DNA from: an uncultured Acidobacteriota bacterium
Lineage (GTDB): Bacteria > Acidobacteriota > Terriglobia > UBA7540
Direction: 5' to 3'
Length of the DNA stretch: 64,000 nucleotides
Assembly (NCBI GenBank): GCA_963804995.1
Contig: CAWDSK010000006.1
Location: 1,760,001 to 1,824,000, forward strand
Of the stretch, positions 31,684 through 42,024 are shown piece by piece; the first letter of the stretch is position 1; the number at the start of each line of letters is the position of its first letter. Below the pieces are notes generated by a model. It made no database searches. It saw nothing but the letters and a program-made list of their open reading frames with translations, and was not told the origin of the DNA. The translations under genes were made by a program, and so were the position numbers.

Positions 31684-32013
31684 GTGGTCTCTGTGCGCTC
31701 TGTGGTGAATCCGTGTTTATGAAAAAATTCACCACAGAGGACACAGAGGTCACGGAGAGCAGCCGGAGAAAAAACGTGGGTCGATAACCAAGGAAGCGTG
31801 ATCTCCACCCGCGCCATCAGAAGGGCTCTGCTCTGTGGTCTCTGTGCGCTCTGTGGTGAATCCGTGTTTATGAAAAAATTCACCACAGAGGACACAGAGG
31901 TCACGGAGAGCAGCCGGAGAAAAAACGTGGGTCGATAACCAAGGAAGCGCAATCTCCACCCGCGCCATCAGAAGCGTTCTGCTCTGTGGTCTCTGTGCGC
32001 TCTGTAGTGAATC
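31684..32013. repeat. 151-bp tandem repeat (2.2 copies) built on family B palindromes
   Basis: Units start at 31684, 31835 and 31986. Confidence 0.88.
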
Positions 32014-32033
32014 TTATCTTCGCGCCCCCCGCA

Positions 32034-32591
32034 CTACAAATTCTTTTTCAGATGTTCCAGCGCCTGCTCGGGCGTATTAAACAGCGTGACGATCTCCATG
32101 GCCGGCGCGAGCCACTCGGGGTCCAGGCCGTTAAGCTGTCCCTCCTGTTTCAGACAGTCGATAACGGGCTGCCAGTACGGCGCCCTCACCAGAACCGGTT
32201 TTCGCCCGCCCACGGTTTCGGAGAGTGCCCCCTTATTCATCATTTCCCAGACCAGCGCAAGTTCAGCAAGCGTTCCGGTACCGCCTGGAAGAACAATGTA
32301 GGCGTCCCCGCGCTCGATGAGCGTCATCAACCGCTCGCTAAAGGTTTGAGTGCGGATTTCTTCGACGATGTAAGGGTTGGCGGCGCGCGGCCAGAGGACG
32401 CAGGTGATGCCGATCGTGTGTCCGGCAACTTCGCGCGCCCCCCGCGCCGACGCTTCCATCAAGCCTCGATAGCCACCATTGCAAACCGCATAGCCGGCTT
32501 CGGCCAGCAGGCGGCCCAGGAGTTGCGCCTCAATGTAAGCCGCACTGCCCTCAGTGGGCTGCGAGCTTCCGAATACCGTGATGGTTTTCAT
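32034..32591 (-). CDS. LOG-family protein
   Basis: VFGSS, GGY.GLMEA and LPGGTGTLAEL motifs. Confidence 0.9.
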   Translation of the reverse strand: MKTITVFGSSQPTEGSAAYIEAQLLGRLLAEAGYAVCNGGYRGLMEASARGAREVAGHTIGITCVLWPRAANPYIVEEIRTQTFSERLMTLIERGDAYIVLPGGTGTLAELALVWEMMNKGALSETVGGRKPVLVRAPYWQPVIDCLKQEGQLNGLDPEWLAPAMEIVTLFNTPEQALEHLKKNL

Positions 32592-32699
32592 GATGTCATT
32601 CTCTCGTCGGCGGCGCAAAACATCTATTCTAGCCATGATATTTGACCGGAGTATTACAAATGAATTTTTATGCGTTCTTCATCGCCTGTTTGGATGTGA

Positions 32700-33015
32700 G
32701 AGTAATTATCCTCCGGCAAAGCCGGAGGCTTTACGGTGGCTGGACCCTCAAAGGGGCCTGACCGCCACCGTCGGGAAAAGACCCCTCACCCGACCTCGTC
32801 CCTCGGCCACCCTCTCCCCAAGGGAGAGGGAAAGGGTTTCACCACGCGGTAGCGCCCCCAGAGAAACCCCCGCCCTCTCCCCGGGGAGAGGGTGGACCGC
32901 CGCCGGCGTTTTCATCAGCCGGGGCGGGACGGGTGAGGGGTCTTTTCCCGGCCAACGAACCGTTACTCCAGAAGATGTCAAACTCTTACTGCCTCACCGG
33001 CAGAGCCGGGGGATC
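32700..33015. mobile_element. Non-autonomous IS200/IS605-like shell containing a family A REP doublet (32773-32949)
   Basis: Subterminal hairpins CCTCCGGC-AAA-GCCGGAGG and CCGGC-AGA-GCCGG; no tnpA between them. Confidence 0.55.
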
Positions 33016-33019
33016 TCCC

Positions 33020-33107
33020 GACGAATTAGCACGAGCACACGGATGTGGGTGGGGAGCCGGTCGACGTCCCTCTCGACCGACGCCCGATATCTAATCTCCC
33101 AGCTCAT
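33020..33107 (-). pseudogene. Truncated RelE/ParE-like toxin
   Basis: MSWEIRYRASVERDVDRLPTHIRVLVL overlaps the stop of the upstream ORF and is cut at the IS200-like end. Confidence 0.55.
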
Positions 33108-33366
33108 GCTTGTATTTTTTCAACAGTTTAGTAATCGGTTGGACGGGCTCATGCTTGCGGGAATCGCATATCAGATTCAGCGCTTCATCTTCGCTTAGCG
33201 GGCGTCTTTCGTACGGGATTCTTGCACGTTCCATGATTGCGGTGACGCCGGGTGCATTGCGCAGTGATACCAAGCGCGGAAGAGGAGAGAGGTGCTCATC
33301 CACCTGGCCTACGGGATTCTTCATGAGAGGCCGTTTTGTGGCTGCGTTGTTGCGCCGCTTTCTCAT
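33091..33366 (-). CDS. Putative antitoxin
   Basis: 91 aa; acidic/helical C-terminus overlapping the RelE-like start. Confidence 0.45.
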   Translation of the reverse strand: MRKRRNNAATKRPLMKNPVGQVDEHLSPLPRLVSLRNAPGVTAIMERARIPYERRPLSEDEALNLICDSRKHEPVQPITKLLKKYKHELGD

Positions 33367-33448
33367 ATCTACAAGTGTTCCCCACCAGGGAAGTGATGGC
33401 CAGAAAAACCGCGAATTTCAGGAACAGAGGTCTGCGATACCTGCCTTC

Positions 33449-33661
33449 CTAGTGTGGTGTCCCGTGTTAGAGTTGACAATGGGTAGAACCCCCTCACCCG
33501 TCTGGCATCGGCTGATGAGAACGCCTCGGCCAGCCACCCTCTCCCCCAAAGGGGCGAGGGCAAGAAAATTAACTCTCCCCTCGCCCCCTTGGGGGAGAGG
33601 GGCTGGGGGGGGTGAGGGGGTCGGACAGCCTTGTCAAATAGTAACCGGGACACCACACTAG
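33449..33661. mobile_element. CTAG-bounded MITE type 1 with family A REP doublet
   Basis: TIR CTAGTGTGGTGTCCCG..TTGACAA at both ends. Confidence 0.8.
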
Positions 33662-33678
33662 AGACCTCGGAATTCGGC

Positions 33679-35311
33679 CTATCTTCCTCGTCTTGCGAAC
33701 CACTTGTAAATCTCCAGAGCAATCGCATCGAGCGTCGCCGCTCCCGTCTTGTCTTTTAGGGGATGATTGTTGGCGAGAATCGAAAAAGCCAGGCGTTTGC
33801 CCGTAGGCAGGTCCATATAACCGGAAAGCGTATTGACGTGCTCAACCGACCCTGTCTTGGCGTGAATCTTACCCTTCACAAGGTCCGCCTCCAAATGGTG
33901 TGCCAGGGTGCCATCGACCCCTGACACCGGCAAGGACGCAAAAAAAGTCGCGAAGTGCGGCGAGTTCGCCATGTAGAGGAGCAACTTCACGACCGCGTGC
34001 GGCGCCACCAGAATCCTCACGGGAAAGGCCTGAGCCGTCGGAAAAATAGGTCTCACCTGGCAGGATGCCCACCTGCTGGGTTGTAAACGTGTTGAGCACT
34101 TCAAGCCCCACGGTCAAACTGCCGAAGTTTTTCACCACGTGGCCCAGGGTTCGCAGCAGCATCTCCGCATGCAGGTTTTGGCTCTCCTTGTTGATCGCCT
34201 TGATCGCTTCGCTGAGCGGAGGCGAATCGTGCTCCCCCAGGACCTGCCGTGCCGGAGCCTTTGCGTAGAGATCCGGCTGCGAAGCGCCCTCCAGACGCGT
34301 CCAGTGGCGGACTTCGACCGGTCCCCTCACTTCAATGCCGCGGGCCACAAGGGCGCGCCGGAAAAGTTCCCCAACCAACCGGGGAGGATCGAGGATCGCC
34401 ACCGTGTCGATGTCCTCGGCGGCATCGGCAGGAATCTGGCCCCACACGTCGAGTTGCATGGCGCCGGGCAAGCGCTCAACAAAGATGCGCTTCTCGGTTC
34501 CGGGCGCGGTGGTCTCAACGCGATTTCGCAACTGGTAATAATCGGCCACAGGCTCCAGGCTCACAGCGGCAGCGACCCCTGCCTTCTCACCCGGCTTCAC
34601 GTGCAGTGTGAGCGCATTATCATTGAAGGCCAGCGCCGTGACGGGAGCGCCGTAGCCCCACTCAAGATCATCGGCAGCCCAGTTGGGCGCGAAAGGTTCC
34701 CAAAGAAAGTAACTGTCATCGGCAACCAAGGGTCCTGAGACCTCACGCACGCCGCGCGCTTTGACCTGCTCGGCAAGGTCCTCAAGGAATTTGTCCGCCG
34801 CTTGGTGCGGTCCGTGGAACGTGTAGGGGAAGGTGCGGCTGCCGAGATTCGGATCCCCACGCCCCACCAGATAGAGATTCGCGACGCGCCCCTCGGTATC
34901 CGGTGCGGCATCGCTTTCCACGGTGGTCCGGAACACATAACCAGGGCCCAACTTTTCAAGCGCCGCGGCGGTGGTGAACATCTTCATATTCGAAGCCGGA
35001 ATGTAAAGGTGATCCGCATCGCGCTCGTAAAGCAACTTTCCACTGGGAAGTTCGACAACCTCGATCCCCCAGAAGCCGCGTCGCGCATCATTCACGCCCA
35101 GAATTTGGTCGATGCGCCGGTCCAGCGCTTGGTTCCTCGGCGCGTGGGCGGCGGTGGCGGGAAGCTTCGAACCTCCCTCACCGGCAACCCCTGACTGCAC
35201 GGCTGGCTGCGTTTGCCCCACAGTCAGCGGCGCGCGCGGCTGCACCGCCCAGGCAAAGAGCAGCACGAGCAGTGCACCAATCCGTTTCGGGTGAAGTGGG
35301 ATTTTATCCAT
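33679..35311 (-). CDS. dacB: D-Ala-D-Ala carboxypeptidase/endopeptidase (PBP4), frameshifted near 34012
   Basis: PASNMK (SxxK), GRGDP, SQN and DGSGLSR; AKTG in the second frame. Confidence 0.9.
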
Positions 35312-35476
35312 CTCGGCCAAAGTGGTAGCTTGGCGTGTCCATCTAAAAAGCAGTGGATAGTGGTTAGTTCTTAGGGCACCAACCACTCAAGGCTGTTCAA
35401 ATTAGCGAGCGACCCCAGCGGCTTCGGTCGCCGCGGCGACAAAGCCTCTGGCTTTCCGGCCCGATCCGCTTGATTT

Positions 35477-35712
35477 CTAGTGTGGTGTCCCGGTTAATAT
35501 TTGACAAGGCTGTCCGACCCCCTCACCCCCCAGCCCCTCTCCCCCAAAGGGGCGAGGGGAGAGTTAATTCTCTTGCCCTCGCCCCTTTGGGGGAGAGGGT
35601 GGCTGGCCGAGGCGTTCTCATCAGCCGAGGCCAGAAGGGGGCCCCACGTTCTGCTTGTCGTGGGGGTGAGGGGGTTCTACCCCTTGTCAAATCTAACTCG
35701 GGACACTACCTG
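35477..35712. mobile_element. CTAG-bounded MITE type 1 (inverted copy of 33449-33661)
   Basis: Same TIRs and REP doublet, with a short extra insert. Confidence 0.78.
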
Positions 35713-35772
35713 ATTTCTCTTCCTCCGCGCCCCACACCGCCTGCAATCCAAAATCAAAAATCCAAAATCAGT

Positions 35773-36744
35773 TCAGCCCAGCAGGCGGGCCACTTCTTTA
35801 GCGTAATAGGTGAGAATAATGTCGGCGCCCGCCCGGCGAATGCAGGTCAGCGCTTCCAGAATGGTGCGTTCGCGATCAATCCAGCCCTGGCGCGCCGCAG
35901 CTTCGATGAGCGAGAATTCACCACTCACCTGATAGGCGGCGATGGGAACATCAAACTCCCGCCGGGCCAGCGCAATGATATCCAGATAGGGGAGCGCGGG
36001 TTTTACCATGATGATGTCCGCGCCTTCTTCCAGGTCGAGCGCAATCTCGCGCATCGCCTCGCGCTGGTTGGCGGGGTCCATCTGATAGGATTTGCGGTCG
36101 CCGAACTTGGGGGCGGAATCCGCCGCCTCGCGGAAGGGGCCGTAAAAGGCCGAGGCGTATTTCGCCGAGTAAGCAAGAATGGGCGTTTGCGTGAACCCGT
36201 GCGCGTCCAGTTCCTGGCGAATGGCGCCCACGCGGCCATCCATCATGTCGGAGGGCGCCACGATGTCAGCGCCGGCCTCAACCTGCGTCAGGGCGGTTTT
36301 GGCGAGCAGCGGCAAGGTGGAATCATTATCGACCTCGCCGTTCTTGATAAGGCCGCAATGGCCATGGCTGGTGTATTCATCCAGGCAGACATCGCAGATA
36401 ACCATCAGGTCCGGCAACGCCTGCTTTACGGCGCGCACGGCCCGCTGCACGATGCCGTCCGGATCGTAAGCGCCGGACCCGACGTCATCCTTGCTTTCCG
36501 GAATGCCAAACAGGATCACGGCTGGGATGCCCAGAGCGTGGGCGGACTTGCATTCCTCGACAAGCCTGTCCACTGACCAGCGGTAGTTGCCCGGCATGGA
36601 TTTGATTTCGTCCCGGACGTTCGAGCCCGGGCAGACAAAGAGCGGGTAGATGAACGAGCGCACACTCAGTCGCGATTCGCGGACGAACCCGCGAAGCGCC
36701 TCCGTGCGCCGCAATCGTCGAGGTCGGTGGGTAGGGAATGGCAT
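35773..36744 (-). CDS. hemB: Porphobilinogen synthase
   Basis: [33 protein letters not shown] and MVKP motifs. Confidence 0.97.
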   Translation of the reverse strand: MPFPTHRPRRLRRTEALRGFVRESRLSVRSFIYPLFVCPGSNVRDEIKSMPGNYRWSVDRLVEECKSAHALGIPAVILFGIPESKDDVGSGAYDPDGIVQRAVRAVKQALPDLMVICDVCLDEYTSHGHCGLIKNGEVDNDSTLPLLAKTALTQVEAGADIVAPSDMMDGRVGAIRQELDAHGFTQTPILAYSAKYASAFYGPFREAADSAPKFGDRKSYQMDPANQREAMREIALDLEEGADIIMVKPALPYLDIIALARREFDVPIAAYQVSGEFSLIEAAARQGWIDRERTILEALTCIRRAGADIILTYYAKEVARLLG

Positions 36745-36793
36745 GGGATCGTCCTTCGTCCGTGGTCAGTTGTCAGTTGCGAGAAGTTAGGAG

Positions 36794-37035
36794 CTAGTGT
36801 CATGTAACAGAAGTTCGCTGATTATTGGAAAACCCCCTCACCCCCCAGCCCCTCTCCCCCAAAGGGGCGAGGGGAGAGTTAATTTTCTTGCCCTCGCCCC
36901 TTTGGGGGAGAGGGTGGCTGGCCGAGGCGTTCTCATCAGCCGAGGCCTGACGGGTGAGGGGGTTCTACCCCTTGTCAAATCTAACTCGGGACACCACACC
37001 AGCTTAATCAACGGACTTCTGTTACAGGACACTAG
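36794..37035. mobile_element. CTAG-bounded MITE type 2 enclosing a family A doublet and a type 1 end
   Basis: TIR CTAGTGTCATGTAACAGAAGTTCGCTGATTA / TAATCAACGGACTTCTGTTACAGGACACTAG. Confidence 0.8.
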
Positions 37036-37053
37036 AATAAAAGCGGCAGCCTT

Positions 37054-37176
37054 CTAGCGTAGCGTCCGGTAATTAACTGGACATCGTAGCGCCCCGATCC
37101 ATCGGGGCATTTGCCGGCAGGATGCCGGCGCTACGGCCAACACATTTGTCCAGCCATTTCCCGGACACGACACTAG
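37054..37176. mobile_element. CTAG-bounded MITE type 3 enclosing a GTAG REP doublet
   Basis: CTAGCGTAGCGTCCGG..CTGGACA / TGTCCAG..CCGGACACGACACTAG. Confidence 0.65.
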
Positions 37177-37214
37177 CCCCTCACTTCTAACTTCTGACTT
37201 CTGCCCCCGGACCC

Positions 37215-39548
37215 TCAATACAATCTTTCTCGCGGCTTCAGGTTACCGAAGGTTCCGACGTTGGCGAGCGCCAGCGCCACGCGAAACTGGCTTTCATGGC
37301 GCAGCGGTCCGAGGTCGAACTGCCGGTATTCGATATCGATTCCGAAACACCCAAAATTATAGCTGACCTGACCCACCGCCTGCTGGGCTATTCTCTGCGT
37401 AAAATTGTAGTCAAGCCCGAATGCGCCGCTGAAGCCTTTGCGGTTCACGTCACCATAGGTCAGAACGTTGCGCAGCAGGTGGAAAGAGGGCAACTCCGAC
37501 ACGGGAATATTAGGCGCAACCGGAATGTTCAAGGAGGCCGTGCGATTGATGAAGAAGTCCGTGAAGGCGAGCCCAAACAACCCCCGTTTAATGTGGGAAG
37601 TGATACCGGCATTGAGAATACCTCCGCCGCCGGTGGGGCTCATGTCAGTGCGGAGTTCCGTATCGTAGTTCGAGAAGGGGGCGAACTTGAGAACCGACTC
37701 CACGGGAGAGAGCCGCTGCCCATGCGCAAACGCAAATCCCGTAAGCGAAATCGTGGAATCGAAGACGTTGTTCTGGCCCGGCACCAAGGCGCCGCCAAAG
37801 GTCGGGTCGAAATAGTACTTCTCAGACAAACGCCAGGAGAAGATTTCACGCGCCTGGGGCGGATTGGGTGTCCCGTCTGGCGCCTCCTGGCGCGCGAAAA
37901 TCGTATTGGTCAACGAGTATTCAATCTCATTGGTCTGCGTAAAGATATCCAACTGATCGAAGCGCACGATGTCGAGGATGTCTGCGGGGTCGTGGGCGCG
38001 CACCAAATGGTATTGGATATCGGGCTCAATCACGTGCTTCAAACGCCGCCCCTTGATGGGTTTGGTGAAGACCCTCTCCAAGGAAGGCGGCCGCAAGTCG
38101 AACCCCAGTTCCCCCAGCAGGCGATTGATGGGTGCATGGTTTAGCCCGAGGCTGGTGCCATATTGCGTGGCCTGAAACCCTAACAGGGGAGTGAAATGAA
38201 AATGCCAGAACTCCTTCGGCCGCAGCAGGAGTTGGGGGTGAATATACAGGCGGTCGCTCAGAAACGGGAGCATCAACCCCGGCTCCGTGCGGCCCACGGC
38301 GTCCGCCTGGGCATCAAAGGAGAAGTAGAGTGGCGAGTTGCCGATTTGCTTGTCCTCTCCCGAAAGCTCCACGCTGGGGGCATGGCGAATGATGACGGCG
38401 TTCCCCGGCACTATTTCCGTGGAAAGAAAATTCTCATAACGTTCGGCCGAAATATTCAAGCTGTACGCATCGAAATTCTTACTCACGAATCCGGACAACA
38501 CAGCTTCGGAACTGACGGCTTCCGTAAAATTCGACGACCACGTCAAGCGGAAGGCCATGGTGTTGACGTAATCAACGTTTAGTGCGCCCCTGAACCCGCC
38601 GCCCAGGTCGTCGTCTTTGCCCACCGCATGCAGACTTTCGCCGGGGGCACGCAGGGTCGCGTTACTATCCTTATCGTTGACGCCGAAGTACTGAACATTC
38701 AGGCTGCTGTCCTGGGTGGGCCGCGCGCGAAATTCTCCTCGTTCGGCGACTCCCCGCTTGCTGTAATCCTCCAAGCCGAACATCAAATCCGTGCTGGGAT
38801 TAATGGCCCAGAAAAACCCCTCGCCGATAATGTAGCCTTTCTGGGAGGAATTCCCGACATGCGGAAGCAGGAACCCGGTCTGGCGAGGCTCCTTGGCTAT
38901 GGACTCCATCAGGAAGGGAAAGTAGAAGAAAGGGATGCCCAGCAGGCGGAAGAGGGCGCCGTGCGCGACCAGCTTATCATCGACGGTGACGCGGGCCTGT
39001 TGTGCGGAAAGTGACCATCCCTTCTTCTCACAATCGCAAGAGGTCAGGCGGGCATGATTCACCACGTAGGTGTCTTCGTCCAGGCGGTCCACGGTCGAGC
39101 CCGAAATATAGAAAGGGTTCTCCGACCGCAGAACCCGCGGCCGGGGCTGCCCTCGGGGGTGGACAAACCCCGTTCCGTTGCTGAACCAACCCTTTTGGGT
39201 TCGGACGTTGTAGTGGACCTCCTCAGCATTCAGATGGCTCTTGGGGTCGTCAAAGACCACGTGGCCACGGGCCATCACCTCACCGGAACTCAGGTCGTAG
39301 GAAGCCTCATCGGCATGCACCTGCATGTCCTCATATACGATTTCAACGTGACCGCGCAGGTGGTAGGTATCCTTATCCTTCTGTTGCGTGTCGGCACGGA
39401 TGCTGACCTCTTTTCCGGAAGCCCGAAGGTCCGGCGGAGAGGAGATTTGCTGTGCGGATGCCGTCGCCACCAGAAATGAAATGAGCAGGACGGCGGCCGT
39501 GAACCGCCAGCCGCCACGTTTTGGAATCGAATCAAGAAGAAGATGCAT
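37215..39548 (-). CDS. lptD: LPS assembly protein LptD
   Basis: Signal peptide, OstA-like N-domain, TSC, RQTGFLLP and beta-barrel C-terminus. Confidence 0.88.
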   Translation of the reverse strand: MHLLLDSIPKRGGWRFTAAVLLISFLVATASAQQISSPPDLRASGKEVSIRADTQQKDKDTYHLRGHVEIVYEDMQVHADEASYDLSSGEVMARGHVVFDDPKSHLNAEEVHYNVRTQKGWFSNGTGFVHPRGQPRPRVLRSENPFYISGSTVDRLDEDTYVVNHARLTSCDCEKKGWSLSAQQARVTVDDKLVAHGALFRLLGIPFFYFPFLMESIAKEPRQTGFLLPHVGNSSQKGYIIGEGFFWAINPSTDLMFGLEDYSKRGVAERGEFRARPTQDSSLNVQYFGVNDKDSNATLRAPGESLHAVGKDDDLGGGFRGALNVDYVNTMAFRLTWSSNFTEAVSSEAVLSGFVSKNFDAYSLNISAERYENFLSTEIVPGNAVIIRHAPSVELSGEDKQIGNSPLYFSFDAQADAVGRTEPGLMLPFLSDRLYIHPQLLLRPKEFWHFHFTPLLGFQATQYGTSLGLNHAPINRLLGELGFDLRPPSLERVFTKPIKGRRLKHVIEPDIQYHLVRAHDPADILDIVRFDQLDIFTQTNEIEYSLTNTIFARQEAPDGTPNPPQAREIFSWRLSEKYYFDPTFGGALVPGQNNVFDSTISLTGFAFAHGQRLSPVESVLKFAPFSNYDTELRTDMSPTGGGGILNAGITSHIKRGLFGLAFTDFFINRTASLNIPVAPNIPVSELPSFHLLRNVLTYGDVNRKGFSGAFGLDYNFTQRIAQQAVGQVSYNFGCFGIDIEYRQFDLGPLRHESQFRVALALANVGTFGNLKPRERLY

Positions 39549-39659
39549 GAGCGCGCCGAAGAACGGCCATTTTACTCGAAAGGGCTTTGTTCTTCCGAAT
39601 GAATTTGCTAAGATGCCCGGAAGAGCAGCAAATGCTGCCCGGAGGATTTAACACTAGCA

Positions 39660-40889
39660 GTGAAGTGCCCCAAATGTGGATTTGTCAGCTACGCTGGGCT
39701 GCCACAGTGTAAGAGGTGTGGCTACAAGTACGTGAAGGCTCCCCCCAAGGGGTCTCCCTCCCTCGCGACTTCTCCAGTTACTTCTTTATTCCCGGAAGGA
39801 ACCCACCCGCTCCTTTCCTCTTCGCCACCGCCAACCCCGAAACCTGCGGAAGATCCGATCCCGGTGAAGCCGGAGTTTTCGGCTCCAGACGCTTCTTTGC
39901 CCAGGCCCGCGCCGGGATCTGTGCCCGTTTTGAGTGCGCCTGTAACTGACCGCTCTCAGGTTAACGAAGCCGTCGAAGACTGGAGAGAAATGCGCGCCAC
40001 GGTGGTCCCCGTACCGTCTTCCGAGGATACCGATCCCGGCTGGAGAGAAGAACTCTCAAAACGTGTTGAGACATTCCGCAGGCGGCGAGCCCGCTTGCAC
40101 CCGTCCGAGGATTCCGCCGGGAATCTCCAAATGGAATTCGAAAACGTGGGCGAGGCTGACGATCCTTTCCTCCTCGATGAGGCGGCGACAGGCAACGAAA
40201 GAAGTGGGCACGGCTTCGATCTGGACCTTGGGGATCACGACGAAGCGCGCCTCGAGACGGGGAAGAATCTTGAGACCATCCCCTTCCAGAAAGCGAGTGA
40301 AGACGGGATGCAGTTTGAACCGGCGCCCGCACCCGGCGAGGACATGTCGTGGGAAGTGAGCGCCCCGGAAGGCAGGCCGATGGAGATTGTGGTGGGTCTG
40401 CCGGATGAACCTCTGATGGGCAGTGAACAGGAAGCGGAAACGATTACTTTGGCGCCGGTGGGTCATCGCTTCCTGGCGGGCTTGACCGATGCCTTGGTGC
40501 TGGTTCTCAGTGCCGTCGTATTTGGGGGCATTTTTTGGCGCTCCGGTGGTCACATGTCGCCCAATCCCATCAACCTGGGGGTGGCGGGAGCAATCGTTAT
40601 CATCCTCATTTTCTCCTACTTCGGATTGTTCACTGCGCTCACATCCACTACGCCCGGATTGCTGTGGATGGGTTATGAAATCCGTAACCTGCACGGGGAC
40701 CGTCCAACCCTGCGCGAATCTTGCTGGCGCGCCTTCGGCGTACTGGTTTCGCTTTCGGCGCTGATGTTGGGCTTCATCTGGGCCTGGGTGGACAGCGAGA
40801 GCCTGACTTGGCACGACAGAATGTCAGGCACGTTCATCTCCGTGGCACCGAGCGGGCATGGGACTCCGCACACGGAAAGAGACATTTAG
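39660..40889 (+). CDS. RDD-family membrane protein with N-terminal zinc ribbon
   Basis: CPKC..CKRC; RFLAGLTD, TPG and TWHDRMSGT motifs. Confidence 0.85.
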   Translation: MKCPKCGFVSYAGLPQCKRCGYKYVKAPPKGSPSLATSPVTSLFPEGTHPLLSSSPPPTPKPAEDPIPVKPEFSAPDASLPRPAPGSVPVLSAPVTDRSQVNEAVEDWREMRATVVPVPSSEDTDPGWREELSKRVETFRRRRARLHPSEDSAGNLQMEFENVGEADDPFLLDEAATGNERSGHGFDLDLGDHDEARLETGKNLETIPFQKASEDGMQFEPAPAPGEDMSWEVSAPEGRPMEIVVGLPDEPLMGSEQEAETITLAPVGHRFLAGLTDALVLVLSAVVFGGIFWRSGGHMSPNPINLGVAGAIVIILIFSYFGLFTALTSTTPGLLWMGYEIRNLHGDRPTLRESCWRAFGVLVSLSALMLGFIWAWVDSESLTWHDRMSGTFISVAPSGHGTPHTERDI

Positions 40890-41229
40890 TCCATCTTCCT
40901 TCCCCGTGCTCGGATATGCCCCTATAGCCCCATTTAGGGTTTATTATGGGTTTAGTCAGGTTTGTAAATCAAAAACTTGGCAAGCGCATGAGCCGCAAGT
41001 TCGAATTGCTCCGCTCCGAACTTGCCGGTCGCATCAAACCGCAGGCGACGAACACCGTGGACTTCAAACTCCCCAAGAAGGGGCCCTCCCGCGAGAGAAA
41101 ACCTCCCACCCCGTAAGACCTTCACCGGCACGATTGCCTTGGCCATCAAATGGTATAATGAAGGAACTTCGTCGCCAGATGTGCGAAGAAGGCCGCTCAG
41201 GGAACCTGCAAAACGACAGAGGAGGATTC

Positions 41230-41820
41230 ATGAAGTTTCGGTTCGTGCTCACCCTTATCTCGATGGCGGCGTTGGCAGCAACCGCTTCCGCTCAATCGGA
41301 CGCCTGGCAGCTTGACCCCAACCATACCGCCGCGCAATTCTCTGTGCGCCATATGGGCATTTCCACAGTGCGTGGCGCATTTACGAAAGTGACCGGAACG
41401 GTTCAATACAATCCCGCCGACCTGCCCAAGACTACCATCGACGTGTCGATTGATGCCGCTTCCGTAGACACTCGCGTGGAGATGCGTGATAAGGACATCC
41501 GGAGCCCGAAGTTTTTGGACGTGGAGAAGTATCCGACGATTACCTTCAAATCCAAGCGCGTCGAAGCAGCGAGTGGGGGCAAGCTGAAGGTTACGGGCGA
41601 CCTCACCCTGCACGGCGTCACCAAAGAGGTCGTGCTGGATGTGGATGCCCCCACAGGCCCCATCAAGGACCCGCGCGGGATTCAGCACCTGGGCACTTCA
41701 GCGACCACCCAGATCAACCGGCAGGATTTTGGAGTGAGTGGCGTTCCCTCCGCCATCGTCGCAGATGACATTGGTATTACGCTTGACGTGGAGTTGAAGC
41801 AGGCTGCCGCTACCCCGTAA
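41230..41820 (+). CDS. YceI-family protein
   Basis: Signal peptide; D.NHT, HMGISTVRGAF, RD, YPTITFKS and GDLTLHGVTK. Confidence 0.93.
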   Translation: MKFRFVLTLISMAALAATASAQSDAWQLDPNHTAAQFSVRHMGISTVRGAFTKVTGTVQYNPADLPKTTIDVSIDAASVDTRVEMRDKDIRSPKFLDVEKYPTITFKSKRVEAASGGKLKVTGDLTLHGVTKEVVLDVDAPTGPIKDPRGIQHLGTSATTQINRQDFGVSGVPSAIVADDIGITLDVELKQAAATP

Positions 41821-42024
41821 GTTCCCATGTCATTGAAAATAGCTCGCCCCTTCAGGGCTGGTTCTGGCAATCTGTGCCGCAACCACCCCCTGGCCCCTCC
41901 TTTTAAGGATGGGAATTATTTAACCGAAGAAGCCCCGCGCGCCCCCTGTGCATCCAAACAGAGGGCATGTTATAATTCTAGGCACCGGGGCCACGGAAGC
42001 CCGAGCAAAAGGAGCACTCCCAGC

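Noticed and set aside
31684..32013. Possible CRISPR array
   Set aside because: The 'spacers' are near-identical, the period is 151 bp and no cas genes are present
35470..36576. 368-aa ORF and other PLSPKGARG/SPLWGRG-containing ORFs
   Set aside because: Translations of family A repeats and the antisense strand of hemB
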